From contig JBAYMS010000003.1 in assembly GCA_041663425.1 (NCBI GenBank), forward strand, positions 1,959-65,958: a DNA stretch of 64,000 nucleotides. The letters are read 5' to 3'. Positions 35,801-50,800 of the stretch are shown in pieces. The DNA is from Candidatus Omnitrophota bacterium (GTDB lineage: Bacteria; Omnitrophota; Gorgyraeia; 2-01-FULL-45-10). Numbering within the stretch: the first letter of the stretch is position 1; the number at the start of each line of letters is the position of its first letter. A program made the translations under genes and the position numbers. Below the pieces are notes generated by a model, which did no database searches, had not been told where the DNA came from, and worked only from the letters and a program-made list of their open reading frames with translations.

Positions 35801-38800
35801 TTATAGCTTCAGATCTGGCACCTTTTTTGCTTTCATAGTATCTACCCAATGCTATCAATGCCTCGCTTTTTATCTTCCGATCCTCAATAAGCTCTATCTG
35901 CTGGCGAATCACTGATTCAAGATCTGCCGTTTCAGCCTGCCAGCCTTTTGCCTTTATTCTGAGCGCTGAAGAGGCTCTATTTATAAGCCTTTTTACCTGA
36001 AGCAGGCCCAGTCCCTCATCCTGGATGCCGTAGTTATCTGCTTTATATATCAACTCCTCCAGATCCTGGTCTTTAGAAGAAGTTAGCATGCCGTTGCCTA
36101 TGGCAACTACCCTTTCCGGGAAATCCTTCATCCTTTTTACCTCATCAGGAGAAGACGGCTGTGCCGCGATACCACTCTCTATAGCTTCCTGGATGCCCGA
36201 AGCTTCTTCTTTTGACACATCCGGCTCCTTACGAGTGCTCTTTCTGTAAAATTCTTTAAGACGGACCTGTAATCCCAATCGCGATTTTACCTCATCCGAC
36301 AATCTATTGCGCAGCGCGGAAAGCTTAGAGTCCCTCTCGTCTTTATCTGCTATGGCTTTCGCCTGCTCTATCTCTTTTGCAATGTCCCGGTCCGCTCCGC
36401 CGGTTATGACGGCGTCGATAGCGTCAAGGCCTTCTATCGTATTAATAAACTCAGACCTTGCTTTGGCATCTTCAACGGATGCGGCAGCTTTTTTCAGCAC
36501 CTTTTTAGCCTCATCATAATTACCATCGTTTATATAAATATCTGCCAGCTGCTTATACGCTCCGGCCATCTTGGGATCGGCGGCTATCGCTTTATCAAGA
36601 TAAGTCTTTTTCTCGACGGTATCCGCAGCTTTACCTGCCTTATCTATATATATACCGGCGAGATATTTATCTTTGTTCTCCGCTGTCAAAGCTTCACCGG
36701 CGCGGCCTGCCGATAGCGCTGCTTCTTCCAGTAAAAGCGTCTCTTCCAGGCCCATTATTGCATCTTCATTATCAGCTTTTATTGCCAGAGCTTTTCTATA
36801 ATATTCTTCCGCACGCTTCATATCTTTGCCGTCAAAACTATCCGCAAAGGACATGGCCATAGCAATAAGCACCTCTATCCTTGCGCGGTTAAAAGCATCT
36901 AGTGTTTTATAATTCTTCCGCACGCTTCGCCCGTCCTTTTCGTAATATTCCAGCAAAGTATTCGCGGCTTTTAAGAATTCGTCTCTCACCTCAGGCCATG
37001 CGGCTTTATCACGTAAAGACATAGCCAGCGTCTTGAGCGCATCCACTCTCTTCTTCATGCGGGATTCGAAATCATATAACATGTCAGATAAAGATTTTTT
37101 GTTTATCTCTTTTATCCGTTCTTTAAAGCCCTTCTCTTGTTTTACCGCACGCCTGCCCGCATTCCACGTTGCCCGCAGCATAGCCGCACCAAATCGCCAT
37201 CTGTCCTGCGCCCGGTAAATATATACCAACAGATCCCATGGCCGCACAGACTTATCTGTCTTCATATAATCTTTTATGTCTTTTTCAATATTCTGGGCGG
37301 TAATTTTATCTAAAACCGCAGGCATCGCTTTTAAATTTTCTTTCAAACCGCTTATTATGCCTGCCTTATCCTCCCTGGAAATTTCACTATCAGCCAGAAG
37401 CGCTGATACAGCCGTTATTTTCTGCGGCGCCTGAGTCAACACAAGCTTTATTAAGCTGCCCGCCAGTCCGAAATTACGCAGGCTCTTCATCGACTTTATT
37501 AATTCATCTATATAGGAGGGGTTTACCTTAATTTCACCGTCTAATGATGCCCTTATAGCGTTTTCAATTGCCCCGACCATAGGATCTGACATAGCGTCAT
37601 CTCTGTATCTGCCCCACGCCTCGTCATTGTAGATCTGTAAAGCCTTAATAGCTTTATCCATGGCCATGACCGCATCTTTATCCCGCAACGATATTCCGGA
37701 CGAGAGTAGATTGGCCTCTATTATTACATCGTAGCTGATATTCATCCCCGGACCGAGGAGGCGATCCAGTATATCTGCCGCCTTCTTCTGCATCTCGCTA
37801 TCAGTGCCCGCACTGCTGTAATAATATCTTGCAAGGCTAATGGCCATATACTCAGCGCCGGGGATACTGCCTGCCTCGGCCAGGCTCAGGCACTCTTCAA
37901 GCACAGTCATCGCCTCTTTTTTATCCGATCTCTCCAGGCGGGAAACTATAAGACGGATCGCATCTTCTTTTCCAGCGGGGAAATTCACAATACTGCTTAT
38001 CAGCATATCCAATATCTTTTTACGATCTTCTTCCAGCTGTGCCGCTTCTTTAAGATCTGCTGATAAAAATTCTACCGCTGCGGCGATCTGACTGTCCCCG
38101 CCGACAGCTTTTTTCAGAATATCGGCACCAGTATTATCCATTATTAATTTTTCTATAAGCAGGCGCCCGTCTTTTATAAAAATATCCGTCTTCTTTGAAT
38201 CGGCCAGCGCCTTCATCACCTTTTCACGGATATCTCTGTTAGTATTTATAGCGTTCAGCAATTTTTCCGACTGCTGCTGCAGAGCATTTCTCATAGCTCC
38301 GGCAACAATAGCTTTATCTACGAGAGCGTAGAGAGCGTTTTGCAAAGCTTTGGAGGCATCTATCCGGTCTTTCTCCGTCGGCGCAACGATGCTCATCGTC
38401 CGCAATTCAGCATCCATCTTCTGAGCTTTCGCGTAATCGCCTGCCGCTTCATATAGTTCTGCCAGTTTTTTAACAGCGCTCATCCGGAGACTTTCATCGA
38501 ACCCTTCCGCTTTAGAAGCGGGCATAAATTTCTCCAGATGGGTTATGGCAAGTTCATTTCTGCCCGCTGAAGCATACGCTAACGCTATACCATAATGGGC
38601 CATGTAATTACCGTCATCCAGCAGTATGGCTTCCTTATAATCTTCTATCTGCCCCGTCCTCTCACCCCTGGCTCTGTATGCAGCGCTTAAAGACTTGTCA
38701 ATATCAGATCTCACTTTTTCAGGCGTATTGCTATTTGCCCTCAGCTCTTTAAAGACATTTATAACGCCGTCGATCTCCGTAGTTTTTTCTCCGCCCTTGG

Positions 38801-41800
38801 CATCCAGATAAGCGCTGATCATTTTATAAAGTTCTGCGCGGACACTATTTATCTTCGCATAGCGTGAAGCCTTGTATAGCCGGGGTTTCAGGGTTATCAA
38901 TTCTGCGTCAAGCTGCTGTGCCCTTGCGTATATTGCGGTTAATACATCGGCCTTATCTTTCACGTCGAGCGTTAATGCAATATCATATGCTTTCTTAAGA
39001 TCTTCTGCCTGACGGCTTACCCGGTCTATAACTCGCTCCATAAATTTGCCTGGCAAAGCGCTCTTCTCCACATATAGGAGAGCCGCTTTTTTGTCCCAGC
39101 TCTTTTTCATCTTTATTTCAGACGCTGAAATGCCTTCGGCTAATTCTATAGCCTTAGCAATACCATCAAGCTGACCCTCTTCGCTATAGTGTTCAAAAAG
39201 CTTCTTCTTCATCTCAATATCGTCTTTGGACAAACTCATCGCTTTCTTAAAGGCCGAGCGCGCCATTAAAATATTGCCGGATATCTTATAGGCTTTGCCT
39301 TCTATAAAGGCTGCGGCGGCAGAATTTTTAACAAATGACTGATAATCCTTAATAATATTTATCGCAGCACGGGCCCCCGCGGCATCACCTGCAGCTATCG
39401 CGATGCCGGCCATGGTTTCAATAAGACTCGCGGCGTCTTCTGATGTGATCGTAAGGCCGTAATCCGTCTGCTCCTTTTTCGACTTACCAAAGAACCACAC
39501 GCCCCGCAGAAGCAATAGATCGTCCGTAGCCCATATAACAGCGGAGGCGATATTCTGCGCCTCGCCGAAAACACCTTTTTTATACAGAACACCTGCCAGC
39601 TTCGTCCATGCAGTGCCCAAACGCGGCGATATCAGCGCTGCGGCACGAGCATGCTTTTCCGCGTTATCATAATTCGCCTTCGGGTCGATCCCGGCCTTTT
39701 CATCTTCTCCGGCTTTTTTCATATATACATCGCATATCTTTAATTCCGTCGCAGCGCACCCGACGTTATCATGCAGCTGTTTCTGGATATTACTAAGCAG
39801 CTCCAGCATTTCTATATTATCCGCCGCTTTCGCGAGAGCTTTATTTACAAATTTACGGGCATCATAAAGCCTGCCTAAGAGCATGAATACATTTGCCTTA
39901 TAAAAATTGGCCATTGGCTGGTCCGGAGAAATCGCAAGGGCTTTATCGAGCAGCATTAAGGACTCGTAAAAATTACCTTTATCCATTTCATCTTTACCGA
40001 GCTCTGCAAATGCCGCGGCATTAAATTTAGCCGCTTCCTCCCGGAGAATTCTTTCTCTGGCCGCTGCATTATCCGCGGCAAATATAAGCTGGCGTTCAAA
40101 AAGTGCCAGCTCATCCCACTTCTTATCCATGCCTTTCATCTTACCCAAAGCTTCATTCAATAAAGGCGATATCGCCTCAAGCATGGCTCTGTCTGCCTCA
40201 TACTTCTTATCGCCTTTTGAAAACTTTTCCAGGAACATTTTATAAAGGATACCGGAGATATCTTCATCGCTCTTGTCTTTTAAAACATCAGGGTTGTCTT
40301 TTAATCCGATAAGCTCAAATATCGCGCTGCACATCTTTTCACGGGCCGATATTTTTATTACTTCATCCGCGGCGGTATTCATAATATCTGCCAGCATTTC
40401 TATGAGATCTTTTTTATCCGCCATCTTCCCGGCGGTATAATCCAGAAGGGCCGTGGCAGATAATGTCCTGCCTTCCAGCACAGCTTCATTATTATTGGCC
40501 GCCTTTATAGCATTAACCGTATTTTCCCTGCCTGCAATTTTATAAATGATATCAAACTCCAGTTCCTGCAAAATATCAAGCTGACGCATCCTTTCCTTAC
40601 GGGCTGCCTCAGATCTGATCTCCCCGCGTTTCCTGTCTATCGCAGTAAACAGCACCCCGCGCGCATTCTGGCCTACAATATTCAGAAGCGCCTGTCTCGC
40701 ATCCTTCACAGAGGCGTCATCTTTGTCGCCATCTACAATAACAGCGATGGCATCACGGACAAAATTACGCAGTCTTGCCACGATCATACTTGCGCGCTGG
40801 TCAGCTTGGTCGGATTTATCCTGCAGATCCATGACGTCGTATTCGGAGTCCGTAACCTTTTTGTTTGCACGATCGAGCTTTTCGGTTTCAGATTTAATAT
40901 TCCCTTTAACTTTATCTATGCCGGACGATGCCTCATACGCATCCATATCCGCGAGCGCTTTTTCTTTGGCATCCGTCCCGTCAGCGGCCAGCCGGACTTT
41001 TTCGCCGCGCCTGCTGGCAATATCCGCTATTTCCAGTTCTCTCAGATCAGTCTTAAGTTTCTTTATCTTTTCAGATATCTCATCTCTCTCCTTGACCGCC
41101 TTATCCCTCTTTTCTTTGGCCTCTGCCAGCTTCTTAAGCATTCCAGGATAATTAATGCCCAGCTCATAATTCAGCTGTATCCGCGAAGCCTCAAGCCGTG
41201 CCAATTCAAATGTTATTTTCAGTTTGGCATTGCCCGGGTCGATACGCTGAGCTTGTGCGAGATTTTTGAAAACCTTGGCCATCTGCGCCATGGCTGACGC
41301 AATGTCCCCTTTCAGCGCATAGAACCTGGCGAGCTCCATCTCGCCCTTGGCCAGGTTCATATACCACTGAGAGTCAACCTTATCCTGCTTTTTCAGGATA
41401 CTTTCCATCCTGGCAGTTATTTTATCGGCTTCAAGCACAAGACTATCCGGGCTACCACCATATTCGGACAGCTTATCACTATCCTGAAGAGCTATTACTT
41501 TTTTACACTCATCATTTATAAGCTTATTGGCTTCCTCTAATATACTAATAGCCTCGTCGTGCCTGCCCTCTACCTCATTAAGATTAGCTAGCGCGATCAT
41601 ATTATAAGTACTAGCCATGATCGCATCATACGCGGCCTTGCTCGCCGCAACCGAGGCAGACTCACGCTTGCTGATTATAGCTTTGCGGGCAGCCTCAAGC
41701 CCATTCGTTATGCGTTTATTGATCGCATCGTCTTTTATGCCTGCGGCCTTCATCGCCAATAACGCATTGAATGTTTTTACAAGCAAAGCATCGGTTGCTT

Positions 41801-44800
41801 TATCTGGATCTCTCAGGCAAGGCTCAATAAGATCCAGCAAAATACCTGCATCGACATTATCTTCCGGCTTTATTTTTCCAACCTGCGATGAAAGAAGCGA
41901 GACAACCTGTTCCCTCTCCTTAACATCTTTCGCCTGATCCATAAGGTATCTGCATAATCTCATCCTGGATTCCGTAGAAAGGCTTCCGCTCTCTGCAAGC
42001 TTTATAACAAGCGGCCGTTTAATATCTCTTCCGTCTGTATCATCGACGCCGTTCATATAATTTGCCATTATATTTATAAGGCCGGCGAGTTTATCTTTAT
42101 CGCTGACGCCGGTTATTAAACTCAAGAGCTCTCCGGTCAATGCACTCTTCTTAGATTCATCGGTTTCAGCCACTATGGCCTGGATCTTGAGCCGCAGAAA
42201 CCTTTCGGTTTCTTTGAAGTCCGGCGACACAGATCCTATGGCACGGGTGAATACCGTCATAAACAATTCTCTCATCTGCGCATCCGGACTTGCGCCTCTC
42301 AACCCGCCTTCATTTATTATGCGCTCTATAAATAGATCGGCCAAATACACTTCACGCGCACCCGCCGCCTCTGATCTCAAGATAAGTTTTGGAATAATTA
42401 TTTCTAACGCGATAGGTCTGAAACTGTCCTTAAGTTCCCTCAAACCTGCCGACAGCTCTTCGTTTATCCACTGCAGAGTAAAAGATGAGCCTCTCTGGCC
42501 TTTTTCCAGCATCAACATAGAATCTACATACCGCGACAGCATCTTAAGGCGCAGCACCGTGTTCCAGTTAGAATCTTCTGTAGACATATCTCTATCTATT
42601 AAAACGATCTCATCGTCGCTTATACTAAGACTGCCTTGCTTACTTATCCTGTCTTGGGGGCTGACAGCTTTTAGTTCTTTCATCCTATCTAAAATCACAT
42701 CAAAATTATGCCAGTTCTTTTCTCCGCCACCACGTGCGATATCCACCTCCGCCTTGAAATAAGCGTCCACAAAATTATCCAGCAGGGCCAGAATGGCCTT
42801 CTGCATGTTGTCATCACCATTAAAATTATCAAATAGCTGTTTGAGGTCACTTATCGCATACATTGACTTACTGCTCTTCTGCGCAAGGTCTTTACCGGCA
42901 GATTCAACGTCATTTTCCATTAAAGCAGCCAATATCTTTATAGCCTCTTCGATCTTCGGGGAAACCGCTTTTCCAAAAACAGCGCTTTCTTTAAATTTCG
43001 ACCGCAATTCCATCAGGCCTTTCAGGATCTCCCTCTGCCGCTCCAGCAATACTTTATTGTCATCCGTCAGATTTGTATCGCGATAAGCCTTTTGTAATTC
43101 TGCAAGCCCAATGAGTAATTGCGCTGCTATGACAGGATCGCTTTCAGCAAGCACTTCACTGAAAGCCTGCTTGTATGCCTGTTCCGGAAGCTTCAATTTA
43201 TTGGCTATACGGACATTGGCATCGGCAATCTCTTTATTAACACCGCGGATCCGCCGCATAGAAACGTTGTTTCTGCGGTATTCGTTAAGTCGAGAGCTCA
43301 GTTTCCTTACACGATCCTTTAAACTTTTTACAGCGGTTATAAGCTCATTCATATTTTTGGCAGATCTTGTCACCTTATTCATAGCCCCTGAATGATCTGC
43401 GGCGGCGGCCGCCAGCTTTCCTATGTTCTCATCCTTAAGCGCGTCTTCCACCTTTAACCCTAATTCCTTAGACGAAAATTTCTTATCTTTAAGCAGCTCT
43501 TTTAATTGCTGCAATGCGTTCACCGCGCCAAGTCTCATTGCGTTAAATCCGCTGCCATATGCAGGATCTATATTTTTAGTAACCGCCGATGCGAACGCCA
43601 ATAAGACCACAGCTTCTCTGTCATTTATATTGTCGGATGCGGGAATAACCTGCTTGATAAAGCCGAACAACTTTTCCATATCCGCTGCGTTTTCGTTATT
43701 TACCCTGGATAAAGCACGCATAATATCTCTTTCCGGTCCCGGCGCTATCTTACGCAAAGTCTTCCTCGACGGCACTTTGCCCTGCACTATGTCTATAGCT
43801 GCTAAAATAGTTGCAGCTTCTGATATGTCGTGCTTATTTTTGGAGTTCTTAACGGTGTAATTCATGAGCTCTTCGGCTTCGGCATAATGCCCTTCTCTTA
43901 TATGGATATGCGCAAGCATAGACCTGGCCGCAAAATTGTCCGGGTCCAAATCAAGCTCTGTAGTAAAACGCTGGGATTCTGACGGCTTCGGCAGATCAGT
44001 CTTCTCTTCTTTTATTTCCGCAACCTTCTCATCCGGCGCACCGTCTTTCGCGGCTTTAAGATTTGCGTCCGTTTCATCTTTTCTTTTATTTTCCAGAGAT
44101 AAAAGGGTTCTCTTTATTTCTGCATACGTTTTACTTAACGCAAGCTTTTCTTCCGGAGTGAATTGCTCCATAGGCCCCGACAAAACACCTGCTATGCTTT
44201 TTATTTTAGATATGAGATCATCAACTACCGCCTTATTTATCGCGGATTCCCCTGCGGCTTTATCCAGTAGTTCCTTAAGGACATCCATCTTAAGCTGCCG
44301 TATAGCCCTGTTGGCTTCATTGTTCAGATCCAGATTTATGACATCTATTTTGTCAAGGTAAACAAGCGCCTGCTCTGCATAGCCTCTAGACATTGCCAAT
44401 TCCGCAAGCATAGCGTTAATATATATGCTGCCCACCGGCATACTAAGCGTTTTAGCTATAAGACCGCCCCTTATAATACCGACCAGCTCTTTTTTAATAA
44501 TTTCATTTTTAATTCTCGATCTTAAAAGTTTAAATATGAAAACTACCAGCGTGGGATGATGCTTCGAGAATAAATTTGCGGCGGAGAGAATCTCTCTATA
44601 CGCATCTCTTTCCTTACCCATAGCGATATAGTGGTTAATGAGTGCAAGACGCGCATCCATATTTTCAGGCTGTCTTTTAGCCGCGCGCTTTTCGATATTC
44701 AGAATAGTCCGTTCCGATTTTTTTGCAGAATAAGCAACCTCTTTTTTCACAAATCGTTTATACCCCTGCGGTATCCATTGCCCAAAAATTATCCTGCCCA

Positions 44801-47800
44801 GGGCCACTATAAGCACAGCGCTGGGCGTATTAAGCAACGATGCTGTAGAGACCGCTCCCGCAAGGACAATAGGCGCACCGAAAATAAACGGTATGCCTAC
44901 CATAAGGCATAAACTTACTACTGAGACCGCCATCATCATTTTCTTGCCGGTCATTCCCGCGAAAATCTGCTTCACTGTATCTTTTACAGCCGCCCGGAAA
45001 CCAGGTCCAGCTTCTTCTTTTCCTTTTTTAGCCGCTTCTGCTTTGTCATTTCTTTCTTTAAGGATGGTTTCGCGCAGAGATATCATCTCGTCCATGCCTT
45101 CGCGATCCAGCGCCTGACGCCATAATCCGCCCGCAAATGTCCACCACTGCACCTTTACGGCAGACTCTATCTCTTTCAGGGCTTCATCATTTTTACCTTC
45201 ATCCCGAAGTAATTTTGCGGACGCGGCATGATATACTGTGCCATTTCTATAATTTTTATTAAAGTATAAGGCCGCATAATAATATTTGCCGGCGAGAAAC
45301 CGTAACTCTGCTCCTTTTTTAGCGCTTTCGTTTTTCACAGCATTTTGAGCCCGCTTCACAAGCGCTTCGGCAAGATCAAAGTAAGCCCCGGCATCCCTGC
45401 CATTCTGCGCCAAAGCACCCAGAAGACCCACTATCTCGCTATCATTCACGCCCAGCCAGTCTTCACAAAGCTTTTCCCTTGCGTCTAAATCTGCAGGGAT
45501 CGCGTAAGAGCCCAATATCTTGCTCTCCTCCGGCAGTTTCGCACCGGCAAAATAGCTGCGCAGCGACAGGAACTTATTATCAATCCATGGTATAACCTTA
45601 CCGTTCAATATCGAATTTCCGGACATAAAGACCGCCGATAGCGCCTGGGTAAACAGGTTTCCGCTGAATATCTGGCTTGGTGCGGTTACAAAAACAGCTC
45701 TGACAGCTTTAAGAATTTTAGGATGACCTCCCAGGTTTCTTTCCAGGAAAATGAAACTGCGCCTGTTCCTGAAGAAATCTTCCAGCCGGGAGAGTAAAGA
45801 ACGTGTCCTGCGTGTAAGCCAATATGCAAATTTCATGGCCCAGCTTACACGCGGAAGTATAATGCGCTCCTGCATTCCGGCATCTTCTGTTTCTATAACT
45901 TTTTCAAGACGCGCTTTTCCGTCTTTAAAAGATACTATAGCCTCTTTTACACCGTCGGGATTTGTTACAAATACCCCGTCCGGTGTTATGGATATATCCG
46001 AAGCCTTCATTGGAGTATTTTGCGCCTTATCCCTGAGGATAGGATTTCTCGCGGCCATCTCTTTATCGTCTTCGCCATGCATCCTGCTTATCATTGCCGC
46101 TGCCGCCCCAAACCTGCGGCGCGACTCTTCCCTGGCACGGACATTGGCAGGAGAACCATATTCGGCAATATCTTTAACACCGTGTTTCTTGGCCACGCTG
46201 AAAGCAGCGGCAGTTTCTATAGCGTCCATCGTTTCCCGGCTGGGATTGGCCCCAAGCGGAAGCACCATCACCTGTCCGTTATCGCATCGCATGATCGCGA
46301 CAATATTACCGTCATGATTACGGAAATCTACGGCTTTGCCGTCAGAGAGAGTGAAGTCCACCGTCTCCCCGGACTCTTCGGAAAGTTTAGCGAGTTCCGC
46401 GGCAGTTGAATAGCTCATAGGTGTGGCATCTGTCAACCTGCGCCCCTCGCCTTCAGGGCAGGGCGCCATACCTCTGGCAAATAAACAGACCGGCTGCGCA
46501 ATAGGCTGGCCCGATCCATCGCGGGGCCTGTATTGGTCCAGGATATCCTCGATCGCCCGATCCTTATCTTCGCCGTCTTCCGTCTGAAGATTTATCGAAC
46601 CGGCGGGCACGCATATAAAGTGCGGCATAGCCTGGACGCCAGCTGCGGGAGGAGCCGCTCCTCCGCCTGCGGGAGCCCCTGCGGCCGCTGCTGCAACAAA
46701 AGCGGGCATACCTGCCTTATCCCATGCTTCTTTATAATCCTCCGGCGTTATAACGGCTGTGCCGGCTTCAGAGTCTTCATCCGCCTTTACCTCAGCCACT
46801 ATTACCTTCTCACCAGCTGCCGTAGTAGTTTCGCGTATATCTATATTTTTCCTGCGGTCTTCTTTGCTTTTCTCTTTCTCGACAGCGGGCGTTTCACTTT
46901 TTAATACTTCCTCCAGAATAGGTGAAATCTTTCCATCCTTATCACGCCCCATCATGAGGTCAGACAATTTTCTTTCTTTGCCATTGGGGATAGCCTTAAT
47001 ATAATCCCGTCTCTGTGCCAGCGGCGCCGCCTCTTCCGACTCTACATTTATTCTTCCGGCTTTAGTCAACCCTTCACTTGCATTACGCAAAACAGACACA
47101 GTGCGAGGAGATACCACCCTTCTGACTGAAGAGATGAAATCACCGACAAATACCGTTCCGCCCACTATGGCAGCCGCCGCACCGCCCACTATGGCAGCCC
47201 CTGCAGCATAAGTTAATACAGCAGCTGTTATCGCCGCGAACGTTACATACCCTAACGCTGCCAAAGTCAAAGCACCGATTATCACAGGCGCAGCCACGAC
47301 CGTTGCTATTAACGCAACGGCGCCAAAAGTCAGTAACGCACCCATAGCCCCTTCGCCGAGGCCGCGCACTGTATCTTTGACTATGGTTCCCAGGGCAAGC
47401 AGAGAGGCTTTCATTATGCCGTTCTCTTTTCTCAGCTTCGCAAATCCGATATTCGTATCTACAAAGCGCTCAATAAGCCCTCCGGCTGCCGCTCCTAAAA
47501 GTCCGCCTAAAATAGTACCGAGGACAGGAACAGCGCTTCCCAGATACGCCCCCACTCCTGCGCCGACCACAGCACCAGCGCCTGCACTCACAACAACCCG
47601 TCCTGCGATCGTCCTTGGCTTAACCTCTGCCCTCTTAAGAAACGACTTAAATACCGATCCGAAAAATTCACTCATCCGGGTCTTTTTCTTCTCCGCCGTA
47701 TCCTGTCTGCGGCGATCTCCGGTGATCTCACGCTTGCACTTTTCAATGATCTTTCCAGACAAAACACCGGCCAAATCGCGTTTTACCGCACCAAGCCAGC

Positions 47801-50800
47801 TCTGCAGTTTACCTTTAAAATCTTTGGGATAACCTTTATCCAGCGACGTCGCTTTTTCGAAATAGTCATACTGAATGGCCTGCAGAGCGCTTTCAAAGAA
47901 CAATTTAAAGCGCTGGCCCAGCATTTTATCAGGAGAGTGCGATTCGCTAAGCCTATTGAACTCGTCCTGCGATATATGATCTCTCAAATCTTTATCCAGC
48001 CCTTTATATAAGACTCCTGAATCAAGGAAGCTCTGCCTTGCAAAAGCCATCATCGCTGCAAACATATCGGATAAAGCATCTTTGTTACTGTTAAATATGG
48101 CATCATGCAGCTGCTTTGCCCCTCCAGCACTAAGACTGGAACCTGTGGCGCTTTTTATACGTTTTTTTATCCTCTCTACGGCCTTTTCCGCGGCAGCGTC
48201 TATCTCTTTTTCCTTTTTGCGGAGCTCGGCTATTACAGATATATTTGCAGCAATTGCCTGCACAACAGGAGAATCGGATTTAAGTTTCAATATTTTTGCT
48301 ACACTTTCCGCATCTGACAACGTTGTTAATGCCCGGGAATCTATGGCCGCTATGATATTGTCCATATGAGGCGCTATTTCAGGCGCAGCCGCCTCAGCTG
48401 TGCCTATCTTTGAAACCGCCTTACTGCGTAAACCGGTTTTTGATTCCAGTAAAGCCATGACTTCATGCGCTTCCTGTCTGGCTTTCAGAAATTCGTTCCG
48501 GCTCTTTTCTATGCGCGCATTATTAACAAGCCCTTTCAGCACTCCGCATATTAACCTGGCATTGTCTTTATTCAGATCCCTTATTGATACTTCATAAACT
48601 GTACGCTCATTCTTAGTACCTTTATTCAGGACGACCGGTAACTTAAGATGTATTACAAAGTTTTCTTTATCCATAAATGCGGCGTCTTCGCCGAACACCA
48701 TTAATAGCGTTGCCCGCAGACGCTGGAGAGTTTTTTCATCGGCACTTTCAGCACCTTTTGCAATATCGTCAAGCAATTGTTCGGCAATATCCTCATATCC
48801 TGCCCCTGCGATTTCCTGGCCCGCGACTTTAGTGCTATACGGCGCAAACTCGTCACGGAAAACGTCAAACTCCGCAAGTTCCGCTTTGGAATTTTTAACC
48901 CTCTCCTTCTGCCCTTCAAGGTCTATCTTCAGCAAGGCGTCAAAAATATGATTATATATTTTAGCCTTCAGTGCTTTGCGCCTATCAGCATCCTGCTCCG
49001 TAAGGGAAGTGCCGCTCTTTAAAATATTTGTAAGCCTCCTGTATTCGGCAATATCTTCTTCTATCTCTGCCATACGGCTCGTATTCTTAAAAGCAGACTG
49101 AAGTATATCCATATCACTGCTTCCGGCGCTGAGATTGAAATAGAGCTGGTAGCTCATAGGATCCGCCTGCCTTCCGGCGCGTCCTACACCCTGGACGAGA
49201 TCTGCTACCGCCTCTTTAGTTAATGTGCTGAGCAGGCGATAACCTTCTATATACCTGGCATTGACGCCGGTCCTGAATTTCGTCAGCACCTGCAGCATGG
49301 CTCCGACACGCTGCTGTCCTGCCAGAGGTTCAAGCGCAATCAGCCTGTCCTCCAGCCCGTTAAAGAGCATGTTCGATTCGTTTTGTATGTTTTCAAACCG
49401 GACCTCTTCGCTTCCGCGATTTTCGTTAGCATCCGCCGCAAGTAATATCTTTCTAAGATTCTTAGCTTCGGGAGAAACCAAAAGCTGGACCGTCGCCAAA
49501 GCTTTGTATATATCGTCCAGGCATCCCTTTATCAGCGCCGCTTTTATCTTTATATCTTTCGTTTCTACCGATCCGGCAAAAATACCTTCAATGTATTTTA
49601 TATTCGCCAATACACTTTCCTGAAGCGCCATCATCTCTTTTTTGACTGCCGCGTCGACATTGTTGTTCGCAATAACCTCATCAAAAACTGCATTAATATT
49701 TTTCTTAAGGCTTTCTATTGCTACACTGATCCTGGTCCTTGCATTTTCTATGGCATTCCCTATGGCAACTTCGTCATCCCTGGCCGCACTTATTTCTTTC
49801 TTCAATACGGCCAGCGCATCCTTTATGTCTTTTTTTAAGGCCGGTATCTGCCCGAACATGCTGCCGCCCGTATCCAGCGCTTCAAGAACCTCGAACAGGC
49901 GGTCAAATTGAAATGCCGTTCCGCCATTATCCAATGTGCGTATATTGCGGAAAAACAGTTTATAGTCTGTGCCGCGCGCGCCGGCCTCTGTAAATATCGT
50001 AAGGCAATTACCGCCTGCACGGCTTATAGCGGCGTCAAGATCCTCCCCTTCAAGTTTACCGTCTATTATCTGCACATCAAGATCCGGGAAACACTGTTTG
50101 AGGAAATTAAGCGCTTCCTGCGCATCGTTTGTTGTCCGGACGAAATGCATACTCGGCCTGAACACCCTCAGCGAATCTTCACCCATCGGACATATGCTGT
50201 ATCCGTTCTCTACGTATGTCCTCAGCATCTCCATCTCATCGCCGGAGCCGTCTATAAGAAGCGGCTCTTTTTCCCGGATTATCTTAAGACAGTGGGGCGG
50301 CACCTGCACCACGCCAAATTTATTATCATAAACGTTCATGACTTCCCATTCGCTTGTCAAAGCTGTAGCGCTGGCTCCACCCCTTGTCAGGAAAAATTGT
50401 GTTCTCGCCACACCGCCGCCCACCTGGGATGATGTCCCGGTGTCGCGGAAAACCTCGGCATTGGGATCGACAAACAAGCGGACATACATTTCAAGGACTG
50501 TCTGCATACCGTCGCTTAATCGCCTGTTGCCGAGTATGCCCTGGCTGTATAATTTGATCATACCGTGTATAACTTCGCAGTCTTCACCTATACGGTTTGT
50601 AAGGAAAGAGCGGATGAACTTTCTCACCCATCCGGCCACATCTTCGGCTGAATAAGGATTGCCGTCCTCGTCGCGCAAATTTGAGGAGCGCAATGTCTCG
50701 GCCAATTTTTCACATTCCGTCCTCAGGAGCTCTTCGTTAAAATCTACCGCTCCGGTGTAGCTATTGAACGAAAAATATTTTCCGGATGGCACTCCGCTCT

